64,000 nt of DNA from Methanomethylovorans hollandica DSM 15978. Lineage in GTDB: Archaea; Halobacteriota; Methanosarcinia; Methanosarcinales; Methanosarcinaceae. The stretch covers positions 1,364,001 to 1,428,000 of the forward strand of contig NC_019977.1 in NCBI RefSeq assembly GCF_000328665.1. Direction: 5' to 3'. How positions within the stretch are numbered: position 1 is the first letter of the stretch; each line of letters opens with the position of its first letter. Positions 21,590-31,100 of the stretch are shown piece by piece. The notes under the pieces were generated by a model that did no database searches, was not told where the DNA came from, and saw only the letters and a program-made list of their open reading frames with translations. Position numbers and translations under genes: made by a program.

Positions 21590-22154
21590 GTGGTTGATTT
21601 AAGGTCATTGTCTGCTGTGCATATGGCTTTTCTTTTGATGATTTCATTCCGCGTTCTTCTGACCATCGAATAGCACGCTTTTCATGCACTTCAAAAGTTA
21701 TGCTCCCGCATTTTAAAGATTTCCAGTTCAATGTTCTGCAGACCTCAGTTTCAGGCAGATAGGAGAAACATGCGTTCTCTTCGTAAACAATGGGGCCTGT
21801 TTCCTTTCTTATGTCGTCGATCACTTCTTCTTCATCGTCTTCATATCCCGCAACAAAGAAACTGTTTGCAAAAACTGACCCGATTAACGCTTTTACGATG
21901 TTATTATCAGCTAGTTTATAGTAGTTGACGTTTTTCTTCTTTTCTTTTATCTCGATAATCCCGTTATAGATGAGACGGGGAATCTTATGATTCACAGTTT
22001 GCCTAGAAACACCTGTGCATTCGCTTATTTCTGACTGGTTGTAGGCAATATCCGAATTTCCAGATAGAAAATCAATGATCTTAATTTCAGAAGTTTTTCC
22101 TAGAAAATCTTCTAAGGCCGTTTCAAACCCTCCTATGTTAAAAGAATAAGACAA
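21576..22154 (-). CDS. Winged-HTH transcriptional regulator with C-terminal extension
   Basis: IKIIDFL..YNQSEISECTGVSRQTV..LIYNGII..YYKL; TTG start uncertain. Confidence 0.75.
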   Translation of the reverse strand: MSYSFNIGGFETALEDFLGKTSEIKIIDFLSGNSDIAYNQSEISECTGVSRQTVNHKIPRLIYNGIIEIKEKKKNVNYYKLADNNIVKALIGSVFANSFFVAGYEDDEEEVIDDIRKETGPIVYEENACFSYLPETEVCRTLNWKSLKCGSITFEVHEKRAIRWSEERGMKSSKEKPYAQQTMTLNQPLASA

Positions 22155-22181
22155 ACTATTTACTTAAAGATACTGGTTAGC

Positions 22182-22199
22182 TGTAAAATTCATTTTACA
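22182..22199. promoter_or_regulatory. Perfect palindrome (candidate operator) between divergent genes
   Basis: TGTAAAAT-TC-ATTTTACA in the 82-bp intergenic space; TTTATAT boxes adjacent. Confidence 0.6.
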
Positions 22200-22236
22200 C
22201 CATGTTTATATCATTTGAGATAATGTTTATATGTAG

Positions 22237-22554
22237 ATGGTTGGAACTAGCTTTCTTGATAGGGAATATTCTGAATATGAACTGCGCATATTATACAATA
22301 TCTGCCGGCAAAGCCGCTGGTGCCCTAAACATATAAACCAATTGCATCTATTAAACGGGATTCCTACACATAATAAAGGGGATGCAAAGAAAGCTCTGCA
22401 TGAACTGCTCAAGATCAACTTATTACAGCATTACAATTCAGGTGGAAGAGATGATTGCTGTATCCCGAAAAAGAACAGAGATGATGCAATTAAAATATTG
22501 AAGAAATATGAAAAGCAGTATTCTTTCATTAAGTTCTTAGAATATATCTCGTGA
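22237..22554 (+). CDS. Hypothetical small basic protein, possibly wHTH fold
   Basis: 105-aa ORF filling the gap opposite to the BREX genes; TATA-like TTTATAT about 30 nt upstream. Confidence 0.65.
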   Translation: MVGTSFLDREYSEYELRILYNICRQSRWCPKHINQLHLLNGIPTHNKGDAKKALHELLKINLLQHYNSGGRDDCCIPKKNRDDAIKILKKYEKQYSFIKFLEYIS

Positions 22555-22589
22555 ATCCCTTTTTTAGATTTTAACTGCATAAGCAATAT

Positions 22590-24335
22590 TCATATCTTCT
22601 CCACCAGCCCCTCGAACTTCGCGTAATTCACTACAACCCCGTCGTCCAGATCCATCTCAATATACGCATCGGCTTTGTTCTTCAGCACTTCATCATAAGC
22701 CATGAGCTCAGCGATCATCTTCTTAAGCCGCACCTTCTCCTGCGCATCCTTACCCATATCCGACTTGATCATCTCTTTCTTGGCGTCCAGCTTACCCTCA
22801 AGCTCCAGCAGGTAATCCGTTCTCATTTTGGCAAGCATTTCCCTGTTGTACCTGTGCATGTAAACAAGCGCATTGAAAGCCCTGCCCTTACCTGAAGTGA
22901 ACAGCCAGTAGATGGGCCTTTTCTTGTACATCTTCAAGTGGTCCTTGTAGAACGACTTCAGGAAATATTCCCGTATCACAGCCTCGGAGGACTTCTTCCC
23001 ATTACCACCCAGAGCCTCGGCAATGAAATCCAGGTTCTCTGAAAGTTGCTCCTTTCCTAAGGCCACCTTGAGGAATTCCTTGAACCTGTCCACAATATCA
23101 TCCTCAAAGTATTCGTCCTCAAGTATGGGTATGATGTTATCGGCATCCGGCATGAAGCTCGGCTCAGGCACTTGATTAAGATAATCCCCTATCTTCTCAC
23201 CCTGATTTGCAAGCACAAGCCCCGGCTTGTCCAGCGAATACCTTCCGAACATGCACCCCACGGAATAGGAGACGAACTCCTTTATCGTATCCGTAAGCAG
23301 CAAAGCTTCCAGCTCTTCCTCGCTCTTCCCTCCATTATAGCGGTAATGAGGATTGCAGGTCAGCGTGATCTCCGACAGCGGCACATCTGGTGTAAGTTCA
23401 TCCTGCAAGCCGTAAGCTTCAATGAAAATACGGTTGTTCTCTTCCTCCAGCCGCTGCATCTCCAGGGTCATTTCCTTCCAGTGAGCACGGATTTTGGTAT
23501 AGGTTTCACGGAGAGTTGGCTGATGGTATTCTGGTTGGAGGAGGGGGAGAGTAGTGAAATCCCAGGAGGTTTCGTAGGAGTCCCAGTCGGATTTTGAGAT
23601 TTCAATTATATTGTGGCAAATAGTGTCAATTGAATCCGCTATTATATCGATCCCAAGAATAGGCAAAACAGATAAGTCTCCTGGCTGAAATGCTAAAGTA
23701 GGGTTTATTACTTTTGCAAAATTCGAGCTAATTTTAGTGCATAAAAATGCAATTAAGAACTTTAAGTGTTCTTGCTTAGGAAATGCAGAGCTTCCGTTTG
23801 TATCAAAAAGAAAACCCCCAGGAGAATAACGCACAGCAAAATACGTAGAACTAATTCTCGACCACTCAAGGCATGGTTTAAAAAAGTCTTTTTCGTTAGA
23901 TATCTTCCAGCCCAAGTTATCCCAAGATAATTGAGGATAGTTCTTTAAGGTTTCAACTTTAATATCATATCCATCATTTTCCCAATTTACTACATTTTCA
24001 TTGTTTCCATACCACCTTCGAAAATCGCCACCTTTGTTGTACGGAAACCACTTTAAACCAGAATCTTTAGCTTCCTGTGAATTTTTAAAACTGAAGCCTA
24101 TTTTATTGTGCCATACTTCAAACCAATACCTTACAAAACGCTCATTGTTCCCTGTTCTCATACCTAGTTTTGGTTTAGCGATAGAACCCAGTGAAGCTCC
24201 TGCTAAAAACGTGTTTCGCATTTTGTCACTCACCCAATAAGCAATCGGACTTCCGGGAATCTTCTTGAAATCAGCTGCAGAGGCGCGGTAGAAGTTGGGG
24301 ACGGGATTGGTTGATAAAGTGTTAGCAATTGTCAT
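22590..24335 (-). CDS. pglX: PglX C-terminal half (target-recognition region plus conserved C-terminus)
   Basis: [86 protein letters not shown] ribosome site upstream. Confidence 0.92.
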   Translation of the reverse strand: MTIANTLSTNPVPNFYRASAADFKKIPGSPIAYWVSDKMRNTFLAGASLGSIAKPKLGMRTGNNERFVRYWFEVWHNKIGFSFKNSQEAKDSGLKWFPYNKGGDFRRWYGNNENVVNWENDGYDIKVETLKNYPQLSWDNLGWKISNEKDFFKPCLEWSRISSTYFAVRYSPGGFLFDTNGSSAFPKQEHLKFLIAFLCTKISSNFAKVINPTLAFQPGDLSVLPILGIDIIADSIDTICHNIIEISKSDWDSYETSWDFTTLPLLQPEYHQPTLRETYTKIRAHWKEMTLEMQRLEEENNRIFIEAYGLQDELTPDVPLSEITLTCNPHYRYNGGKSEEELEALLLTDTIKEFVSYSVGCMFGRYSLDKPGLVLANQGEKIGDYLNQVPEPSFMPDADNIIPILEDEYFEDDIVDRFKEFLKVALGKEQLSENLDFIAEALGGNGKKSSEAVIREYFLKSFYKDHLKMYKKRPIYWLFTSGKGRAFNALVYMHRYNREMLAKMRTDYLLELEGKLDAKKEMIKSDMGKDAQEKVRLKKMIAELMAYDEVLKNKADAYIEMDLDDGVVVNYAKFEGLVEKI

Positions 24336-24337
24336 AA

Positions 24338-24781
24338 TTAACCTCTATTATACCCTATAATGTGACCAGACTGAGGATTAAAACAAGTGTTTAATTCGCT
24401 ACCCACTGGGTAGCGAATTGTATCGATCATCTGTTGAGTAGGCAATTCATCACATGGCTTGTGATGAATTTGCATATTTGCGTTTTCATCTTCAATATCT
24501 CTGTGTCCTCTGTGGTTTGTAGCGGCTACTCTTTCGGTTACATGTTCGATTACTTGTTCGGTAACTTGTTCGCCTACTTGATCGGTAACAAATCTGATAC
24601 AATAGTTCAGCAAGGAAAACTTATGCAACTGGGTCGCTAACTGGATCGGTGATTGGAATATTACTTGGTCCCAGCTTGGTCCTGACTTAGTCCCTACATG
24701 ATCCCAACTTGGTCCCGACTCGGGCTGTGACTTAGTGCCATTTATAGCATCAAGTTCACTAACATGGTGCTGGGGGTTCAT
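24338..24781 (-). CDS. 147-codon ORF built from concatenated DNA repeats and palindromes, coupled to both neighbours
   Basis: ATGA overlap with upstream gene; stop 2 nt before pglX-C ATG; contains 11-bp, 12-bp and 9-bp repeats and two 27-bp palindromes. Confidence 0.55.
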   Translation of the reverse strand: MNPQHHVSELDAINGTKSQPESGPSWDHVGTKSGPSWDQVIFQSPIQLATQLHKFSLLNYCIRFVTDQVGEQVTEQVIEHVTERVAATNHRGHRDIEDENANMQIHHKPCDELPTQQMIDTIRYPVGSELNTCFNPQSGHIIGYNRG

Positions 24782-26334
24782 CCATTCTTCACCTTCTTTT
24801 TCCGGGCTAAGAATGCACGACCTTTGTCTGTCAGACGGTATTTTTGCAATCTGCTGCTTGGTTTTTCCGGGATTGTCATCTCGATCAATTCTTCACCAAG
24901 AGCTGGATGGAGATAGTTATTCCTGAAGGTTGGACGGTGCTTGATATTCAGAATGTCACGAAGTTCTCCGGAAGACTTTTCTCCGTCTTGGAGTGATAGT
25001 AATAATTTTAGAATATGATTGTCTGACTGGGTCGGTGACTGGGTCGGTGACTGGGTCGGTGACTGGGTCGGTGACTGGGTCGGTGACTGGGTCGGTGACT
25101 GGGTCGGTGACTGGGTCGGTGACTGGGTCGGTGACTGGACCCCGGAATCTTCTTTGGCTAAATAGCTTTCTGTTGGTACTTCTATAGACTCTGCCAGGTA
25201 GACAATGAACCTCACCCTCATTCCGATTTCAATTATCTCCGGCTGTGGAAGTCCAAGCTCTTCAGCATCCTTAAGGATACGACGGAAACCACTGCCCCAC
25301 TGCTCGATAATGTCAAGTTCCCTGAATACCCGCGCAATAACGCGATTCCTGATCCTTGAGACGCCCTGCTTGACATCCTCGATGGTCATGCCGGGAAGGA
25401 GGATACCGGGGTTCTCGATCTCTATCCTGTCATCAAAGAAGGACACTCTGATAGGTGCACCCCTTTGAGAATAATCTGCATGCACAATAGCATTGACAAG
25501 CGCCTCACGCAGGATCGTAAGGGGAATGCTCCATACATCCTTACGCCTGATCTCAGAAAAATCGGCGCTTCTGAAAGCATGTTTTTTCAGGAACATCATC
25601 ACGGATTCAACAGAGCCTGGAAGGTCTTCGTATATTTCGGTATGGTCGAAAATGTATGCCTTATCCTTTCCCTTGAAACGCCCGCATTGTATCCATGCAT
25701 CCGGGAAATGAAAATCCCTTTTCTTTCCAAAAAGCAGCATAGCGCCTGTGGTCGGAACCAATCTGCCCTGTTCCTTGGTAACAAGTTTAAGCGTGATCAA
25801 TTCCTCTTCGTTCAGCTCCCGTATTCCTTTAAAGCGCTTTTTTGCAATATCAATATCAAGGTCAGCAGAATACAGGTCAGGCATCGGCATCTCATCAAAT
25901 GAAATACCTGAAGCACTTCTCTGAAGCTCGGCAATAAGCTCCCTGTCAGCTTTCCGGTTAGTAGAACCAAGCCTTACATAAACACCATCTAGATGACCTT
26001 CACTTTTGACCCGATGCGGACGTGAACCACTCGGATAGACTTCAACACCCAAAAGGGTCTTACCCTCCACTGTCATCAATTCAACATCTGGAACAAGCCT
26101 TGGGGCAATATGATCCGCAATTATACTGCACAGACGCTCTTCTTCATCAAGCGGATTTGAGACACCTATGATCTCCTTTGTCTCGTCCTCCACCCCTATC
26201 AGCAAACGCCCTCCGGCAGTGTTCGCAAAAGCTACAAGCGTCTTGATGATGTTCTTTGGTGAGGAAATATCACGCTTGAACTCCAGAGTCTTACCCTCAG
26301 GCATGGTAATAAGCTGGGAAATGGGGGGATTCAT
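24778..26334 (-). CDS. AlbA_2 (Schlafen-like) + HATPase_c_4 + C-terminal wHTH protein (RecG-like annotation family)
   Basis: EGKTLEFK, AFANTAGGRLLIGVED, LREALVNAIVHADY, IEIENPG, EQWGSG, YLHPAL..LIEMTIPEKPSSRLQKYRLT. Confidence 0.9.
   Translation of the reverse strand: MNPPISQLITMPEGKTLEFKRDISSPKNIIKTLVAFANTAGGRLLIGVEDETKEIIGVSNPLDEEERLCSIIADHIAPRLVPDVELMTVEGKTLLGVEVYPSGSRPHRVKSEGHLDGVYVRLGSTNRKADRELIAELQRSASGISFDEMPMPDLYSADLDIDIAKKRFKGIRELNEEELITLKLVTKEQGRLVPTTGAMLLFGKKRDFHFPDAWIQCGRFKGKDKAYIFDHTEIYEDLPGSVESVMMFLKKHAFRSADFSEIRRKDVWSIPLTILREALVNAIVHADYSQRGAPIRVSFFDDRIEIENPGILLPGMTIEDVKQGVSRIRNRVIARVFRELDIIEQWGSGFRRILKDAEELGLPQPEIIEIGMRVRFIVYLAESIEVPTESYLAKEDSGVQSPTQSPTQSPTQSPTQSPTQSPTQSPTQSPTQSPTQSDNHILKLLLSLQDGEKSSGELRDILNIKHRPTFRNNYLHPALGEELIEMTIPEKPSSRLQKYRLTDKGRAFLARKKKVKNG
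25025..25138. repeat. Perfect 12-bp intragenic VNTR, 9.5 copies, encoding (QSPT)9
   Basis: GACTGGGTCGGT x9 plus GACTGG. Confidence 0.97.
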
Positions 26335-28187
26335 TAAGCCTCCGTTTGCTGGGTAATGTTCCTCACCTGCATGATAGCCTCACGCAGCCATGTATCCTTT
26401 TCTGCTTCCGAGTTTCCATCCACAAGCCGGATATAAGCTCCCTTATACTCAGGATGCTGTGCATTCTCAATAACAAAAGCCGTAGTAGAGACAACCTCGC
26501 CGCCGATACTGTCAAAAGCCCGAGGTCCTAAATGTGCCATGGACAATATAGTATGGTCATCCAGAATGCCCGCTCGGAGTTTCTCATAGGAAGAAAGGAA
26601 CATCCAGCTCTGCATAGTGATCATCGCCACCATGCCTTTCTGCATCGCAAGGTCAAGATTACGATCAATGAACATGGCAAAGAAATCCGATTTACTGTCA
26701 GGATAATTATCCTGAGCGAAGTCCTTGAGCCTCGCATTCATCCCCTTGCCACCCATATACGGTGGGTTGGCGACCACCACATCATACTTGGGGATAAGGT
26801 AATCTGCCTGCTTCAGAGCTTGCAGGACCTTCTGATGAGTGGAAAGAAGAGTGAGGTTCTCTGAAAGGATCTTCGGTTTTGGTAATTGGAGGATGCCTGA
26901 TACATCCTCAGCCTTCGGGCGGATAAGAGAGCCGAAGTTATCAGCTTCATTGAACTGAAGCAGTGTATCCCGAACATCATTGGTGAATAACTCGCTTCCA
27001 ATTGCAGTTATGTAAGCATTGAGCTCATCATCCTCAAAAGCAATGCTTTCCAGTACACATATATTGGGCACTGCAGGCTTGCGGAAGAAGTTACGGTTCT
27101 TTCCCCTTGCCTTCATGGTCAGGGCAAAGGCTGCCAGGTCCCCGGCACGCTTGTCGATCTCGATACCAAAGAGATTGCGGGTGAGGATATTCTCGGATAT
27201 CTCGGAATGGTCGTAGCCCTCCTCCTCGTAGATGGCATACAGCAGATCAAAAGCATACACCAGCATGTGTCCTGAACCGCAGGCAGGATCACATACCCTG
27301 ATGTCCTCCGGGGAATTTATTCTCAGGAAATCCGTTTCATTCTCCTCGGGTCTGATATAATAGTCCATCTGCTCGCACAGCCGTGAACTTGGACGGTTGA
27401 GCATCCACAAACGGCCCAGGGAATTCTCCACCAGATAGCGGACTATCCAGTGAGGTGTGAACAATTGGGTCGCTGCAGGAATGTTCTCCTTGCTGATCTT
27501 CACATTCTTCTTAAGGTCCTTGAACACCTTGTCCTTCTTGGGAGCAATATAATCCTGGTATATCCAGCCGATTATCTCCACTTCCCTCCAGTCATCCACC
27601 GGAATGATCCCGTTAATGTCCTTCACAATAGAATCAACATGCAGCAGCTTCTCAGGGAACAATAGCTCAGTGTAGTCCTCTATCTTCTCGAACATGAAAG
27701 GCATAGTGCTGTGCAGGTAATTACACAACTTCAGGATGAGATACTTGTACAGCTCTTCATCCTTATTCTCAGACCTCAGGTCAAGCACATGATCAGCATC
27801 AAGGTCCAGGAAATCCAGTTCATGAGCGTGTGTGATGATCCCAGGCTCATTCCTGTCAGCATCTTTAGAAGTGAACACCTGCACAGGAAGGTAATCATTG
27901 ACCTCCATGAACTTCAGGGCAACAAAACGGTTGAACCAGGTGTAAGTGACCTCGTCCATCACCTGTTGATAGCCCTTATGTTTGATCTCCCTGACCAGTT
28001 TCTCCCTCTGGTCCTTGAGCTTCTTATTATGGACCTTCCCGCCGATAACTATGGAATCCTCATGTTCGGAATCCACGGGCAGGATCTCCTTGGGGTGGAT
28101 ACCGTAGAAAGCAGCCCTGTCAGCGACCTCCTGAAGCAGCTTATCCCGCACAGTATCCGAGAACTTGATAATGCTTGCCTTATCCAT
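26334..28187 (-). CDS. pglX: PglX N-terminal half (N6-adenine methyltransferase core)
   Basis: YTWFNRFVALKFMEVN, IIGWIYQDY, IPAATQLFTP, DPACGSGH (SAM binding), NPPY catalytic motif; ends after REAI. Confidence 0.93.
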   Translation of the reverse strand: MDKASIIKFSDTVRDKLLQEVADRAAFYGIHPKEILPVDSEHEDSIVIGGKVHNKKLKDQREKLVREIKHKGYQQVMDEVTYTWFNRFVALKFMEVNDYLPVQVFTSKDADRNEPGIITHAHELDFLDLDADHVLDLRSENKDEELYKYLILKLCNYLHSTMPFMFEKIEDYTELLFPEKLLHVDSIVKDINGIIPVDDWREVEIIGWIYQDYIAPKKDKVFKDLKKNVKISKENIPAATQLFTPHWIVRYLVENSLGRLWMLNRPSSRLCEQMDYYIRPEENETDFLRINSPEDIRVCDPACGSGHMLVYAFDLLYAIYEEEGYDHSEISENILTRNLFGIEIDKRAGDLAAFALTMKARGKNRNFFRKPAVPNICVLESIAFEDDELNAYITAIGSELFTNDVRDTLLQFNEADNFGSLIRPKAEDVSGILQLPKPKILSENLTLLSTHQKVLQALKQADYLIPKYDVVVANPPYMGGKGMNARLKDFAQDNYPDSKSDFFAMFIDRNLDLAMQKGMVAMITMQSWMFLSSYEKLRAGILDDHTILSMAHLGPRAFDSIGGEVVSTTAFVIENAQHPEYKGAYIRLVDGNSEAEKDTWLREAIMQVRNITQQTEA

Positions 28188-28189
28188 GA

Positions 28190-31100
28190 TCAGAACAACC
28201 TTATATCATCTGTTTCAAGTAACTTTGCGAGATATGTCCGAAGGTCTTTAAGGTACCTATCAAGTTCTTCTTCAGAAGCGATCTTATCCTTTGACTTAAA
28301 AAGCGAAGTATCTTTAATGAACTTTACAGACCTGACATGAACAGAAACCTCACCCGAACCAGATTTTGGTTCCTTTATGATCTGCAATTGTTTGCTGATC
28401 TTGTCATAAGCCTCACTCTGAAGTGAATTCAATCTAGGAGACTGCGCCTGAACATATGTACAGTCTTCTGCCTGTGAAATACGCAGTTTGAGGTCAGTGA
28501 ACGGTTTCATAACGGAATCCTTGAATTCCTGGTTAAATAACGTATGATGACCCATTTCCTTTTGAAGATCAGCTACTATTGAATCTATTTCTTTGAATGC
28601 TGCTTCCTTTAAGTCGGAAAGAGCAGTAGAAAGGGCACTTTCAATGCTTGCTTCCAGCGGGGGCAGTGACTTGATCTCGAAGTAAGGTTCCTTTGACCCC
28701 AGGATAGCTTCAACATCCCTAACTTTTGACTTTGTTTCATCGTCCATGAACTGCCTGTCACGGGTGTAATTATCGATCTTCTTCAAAAGCCGCCTGAAGA
28801 TCTCCACCTGCTGACCCCCGAAGAAAGAGATAACAGGTTCAACATCATACCGCAATTTCACTAGCTCTTCCTTTTCATCGGAGATCTTCTGCAGGAAAGC
28901 AGACGGGTCTGTGGTATTGAGTATCTGTTTGAGGAAACCAGCATAGGCTTTGACCTCATCATTTCCCGGGAATCTCTTTTCCTCTTCGTACTTACCTGAT
29001 ATCTGCTCTATCTTGATAAACTCATCATTGAGCAAAGAATGTGTGAAATCAAAGAGATCGTTCTCCTTCTCAGGGATATTTGTCTTATCAAATACCTCCC
29101 TCAGGATCGACCTGACTATTCTCATGACCTCGGCATTCGCTTTTTCACGTATCTCCACCACAAGCTTATCAGCGTAATCCTTTCTTGTAAGATACCTCAC
29201 CACTTCTTCAGCATTGGGTTTCTTAAGAACAAGATACGTCTTCTGATACCTGAGCTTGATCTCATCACTTGCGAACAGCGTAGCAACGAGACCCGATACA
29301 GTAAGCTCCTTCCATCCATACGGTTTGCGCCTGAACTTATCCTTGATATCTTGCATTACAACGCTGTCGTTCCTCTGGTGTTTTAGACTCAGATGATCGA
29401 GAACTTCCTTAAGGGCAAGTTTATTGGTATCCGATCTTTCAAACCCGAACTTTTCCAGGTCATCCGCCTGCAACACCTTTAAGATCTCACTGTCAGATTC
29501 GAAATCCTTGGTCACGTAACCTGCTTTTTTGTACACGTTCTCATAGAGCAGATCCAGACCACATGTTATTCTCTCTTTAGGTTTTTTCTTCTCAATGCTT
29601 GTGACTTCCTTGCCGTCCACAAAGACCCTAGCTTCGGAAATACCGCTTTCCATAGACTTCTTTGCATCCAGACGCAAGTTTTCCTCATCACTTCTTTTTT
29701 TACTGAGGATCTCCTTGACCTCACCTATATTGGTATTGGAAGTGTTCTGCTTAAGGTATTTATCGATCTTCAGATAATTGCGTATCTGGTCTACGAATTC
29801 GGAATCCGCATGAGTGATGAACAGCAGAGTGTCAGTGGAATCTATATTGCTCAGATTGTCGCCATACAGTGACCGCTGGCTACTGCCTCTTAGCACATCA
29901 TCAGATAAAGGTGTCAGGAACTTTATGGTCAGATCCGCACCAGCCACAGGTTTTGTTTTATCGTCAATGGCCTTGTTGAACTTGTAATCCTTGTGTTTTG
30001 TCGGGCATATCTCATTGGACTCAAACACATACTCGAATATCTCATCAAGAATCTTGTGTTTCTCGATATCGATATTCTTTATTTCCCTATTGATCTCCTG
30101 CTCCTCATTTGTAAGGAAATAGAATCTATCTCCAGATTTGTGTATCAAGGTCTGGCTCTCAAGCCTCTGCAGTGATCCGGCGATCCTGTTCTTAAGAGCA
30201 CGTTTATCCTCATCTACATGGGATACGGACAACACCACCAGGTTGTCAAGGCTTGGCTGCAGCTCCTTCACATGCCTGATCATGAAAAGTATCTTCAGCA
30301 CATCACAGTCCCCATCCTCAAGACAATCATTGTCCTTTGCCTGCTCGATTGTACGAGTTATAATAGGATCAAGGAAGCTCTCAATGGTGCTGTAGAAAGT
30401 ATAGAACGGTACCAGAATTCCCATATCGTCTTCAGCATATTGCTCAGTAGCCTCTTTGAAGGCACTGAGCATGGACCGCTCACCTTTCGCTAAGTGCTTA
30501 CCTGTAAAACCGGTCTGTCGTATCTTATCGAACACTTTCTGCAGAATAAAGAACTGGTAAGGCACATAGGGATACACGTCCACAAAATCATCGTTCCCTT
30601 TATACAGCTTCATTTCAGCCCCGCCGGGGGAGAAGGTCAACAGGTTCTTAAGGATGGTCTTCTTTTCCTCATGATACAAAGATAAGGTTTCCTCATAGAC
30701 CTGTTTCTTCGCAAGTATCCTCTTCTTGATGACCTCGTCTACATTGGCACTGGAAAGGCTCAGACGTGTATCAAAACGCCCCTGGATCTTAGAAAAGTCA
30801 TAACCTTTCACTTTTTCCTTGGTCACCGCATCGATATCAGCCTGGGAAGTAACGACCACCCATGCTTTACCTGCAAGTTTCGTACCCAGTTCCTCAACAA
30901 TGGTCTGCAGGTTCAGCATCAGGTCACTGTTTTCACCAATATACTGCCCGATCTCATCGATCAGAAAGATCACCTGATGATCCTTACCCTTGGAATCACA
31001 ATACTTCTTCACCTTCTCAGCGAACTTCTCCACACTGAAATGATAAGTACTGCCATCGGACTGGAACAGCCTTTCAAGTGATTCCTTGCTCTGGTATCCA

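Noticed and set aside
24993..25187. (SVTG)n ORF
   Set aside because: Antisense reading of the QSPT VNTR
24338..26334. IS, intron or intein explanation for the pglX interruption
   Set aside because: No transposase, reverse transcriptase or splicing motifs, and no terminal repeats or target duplication seen
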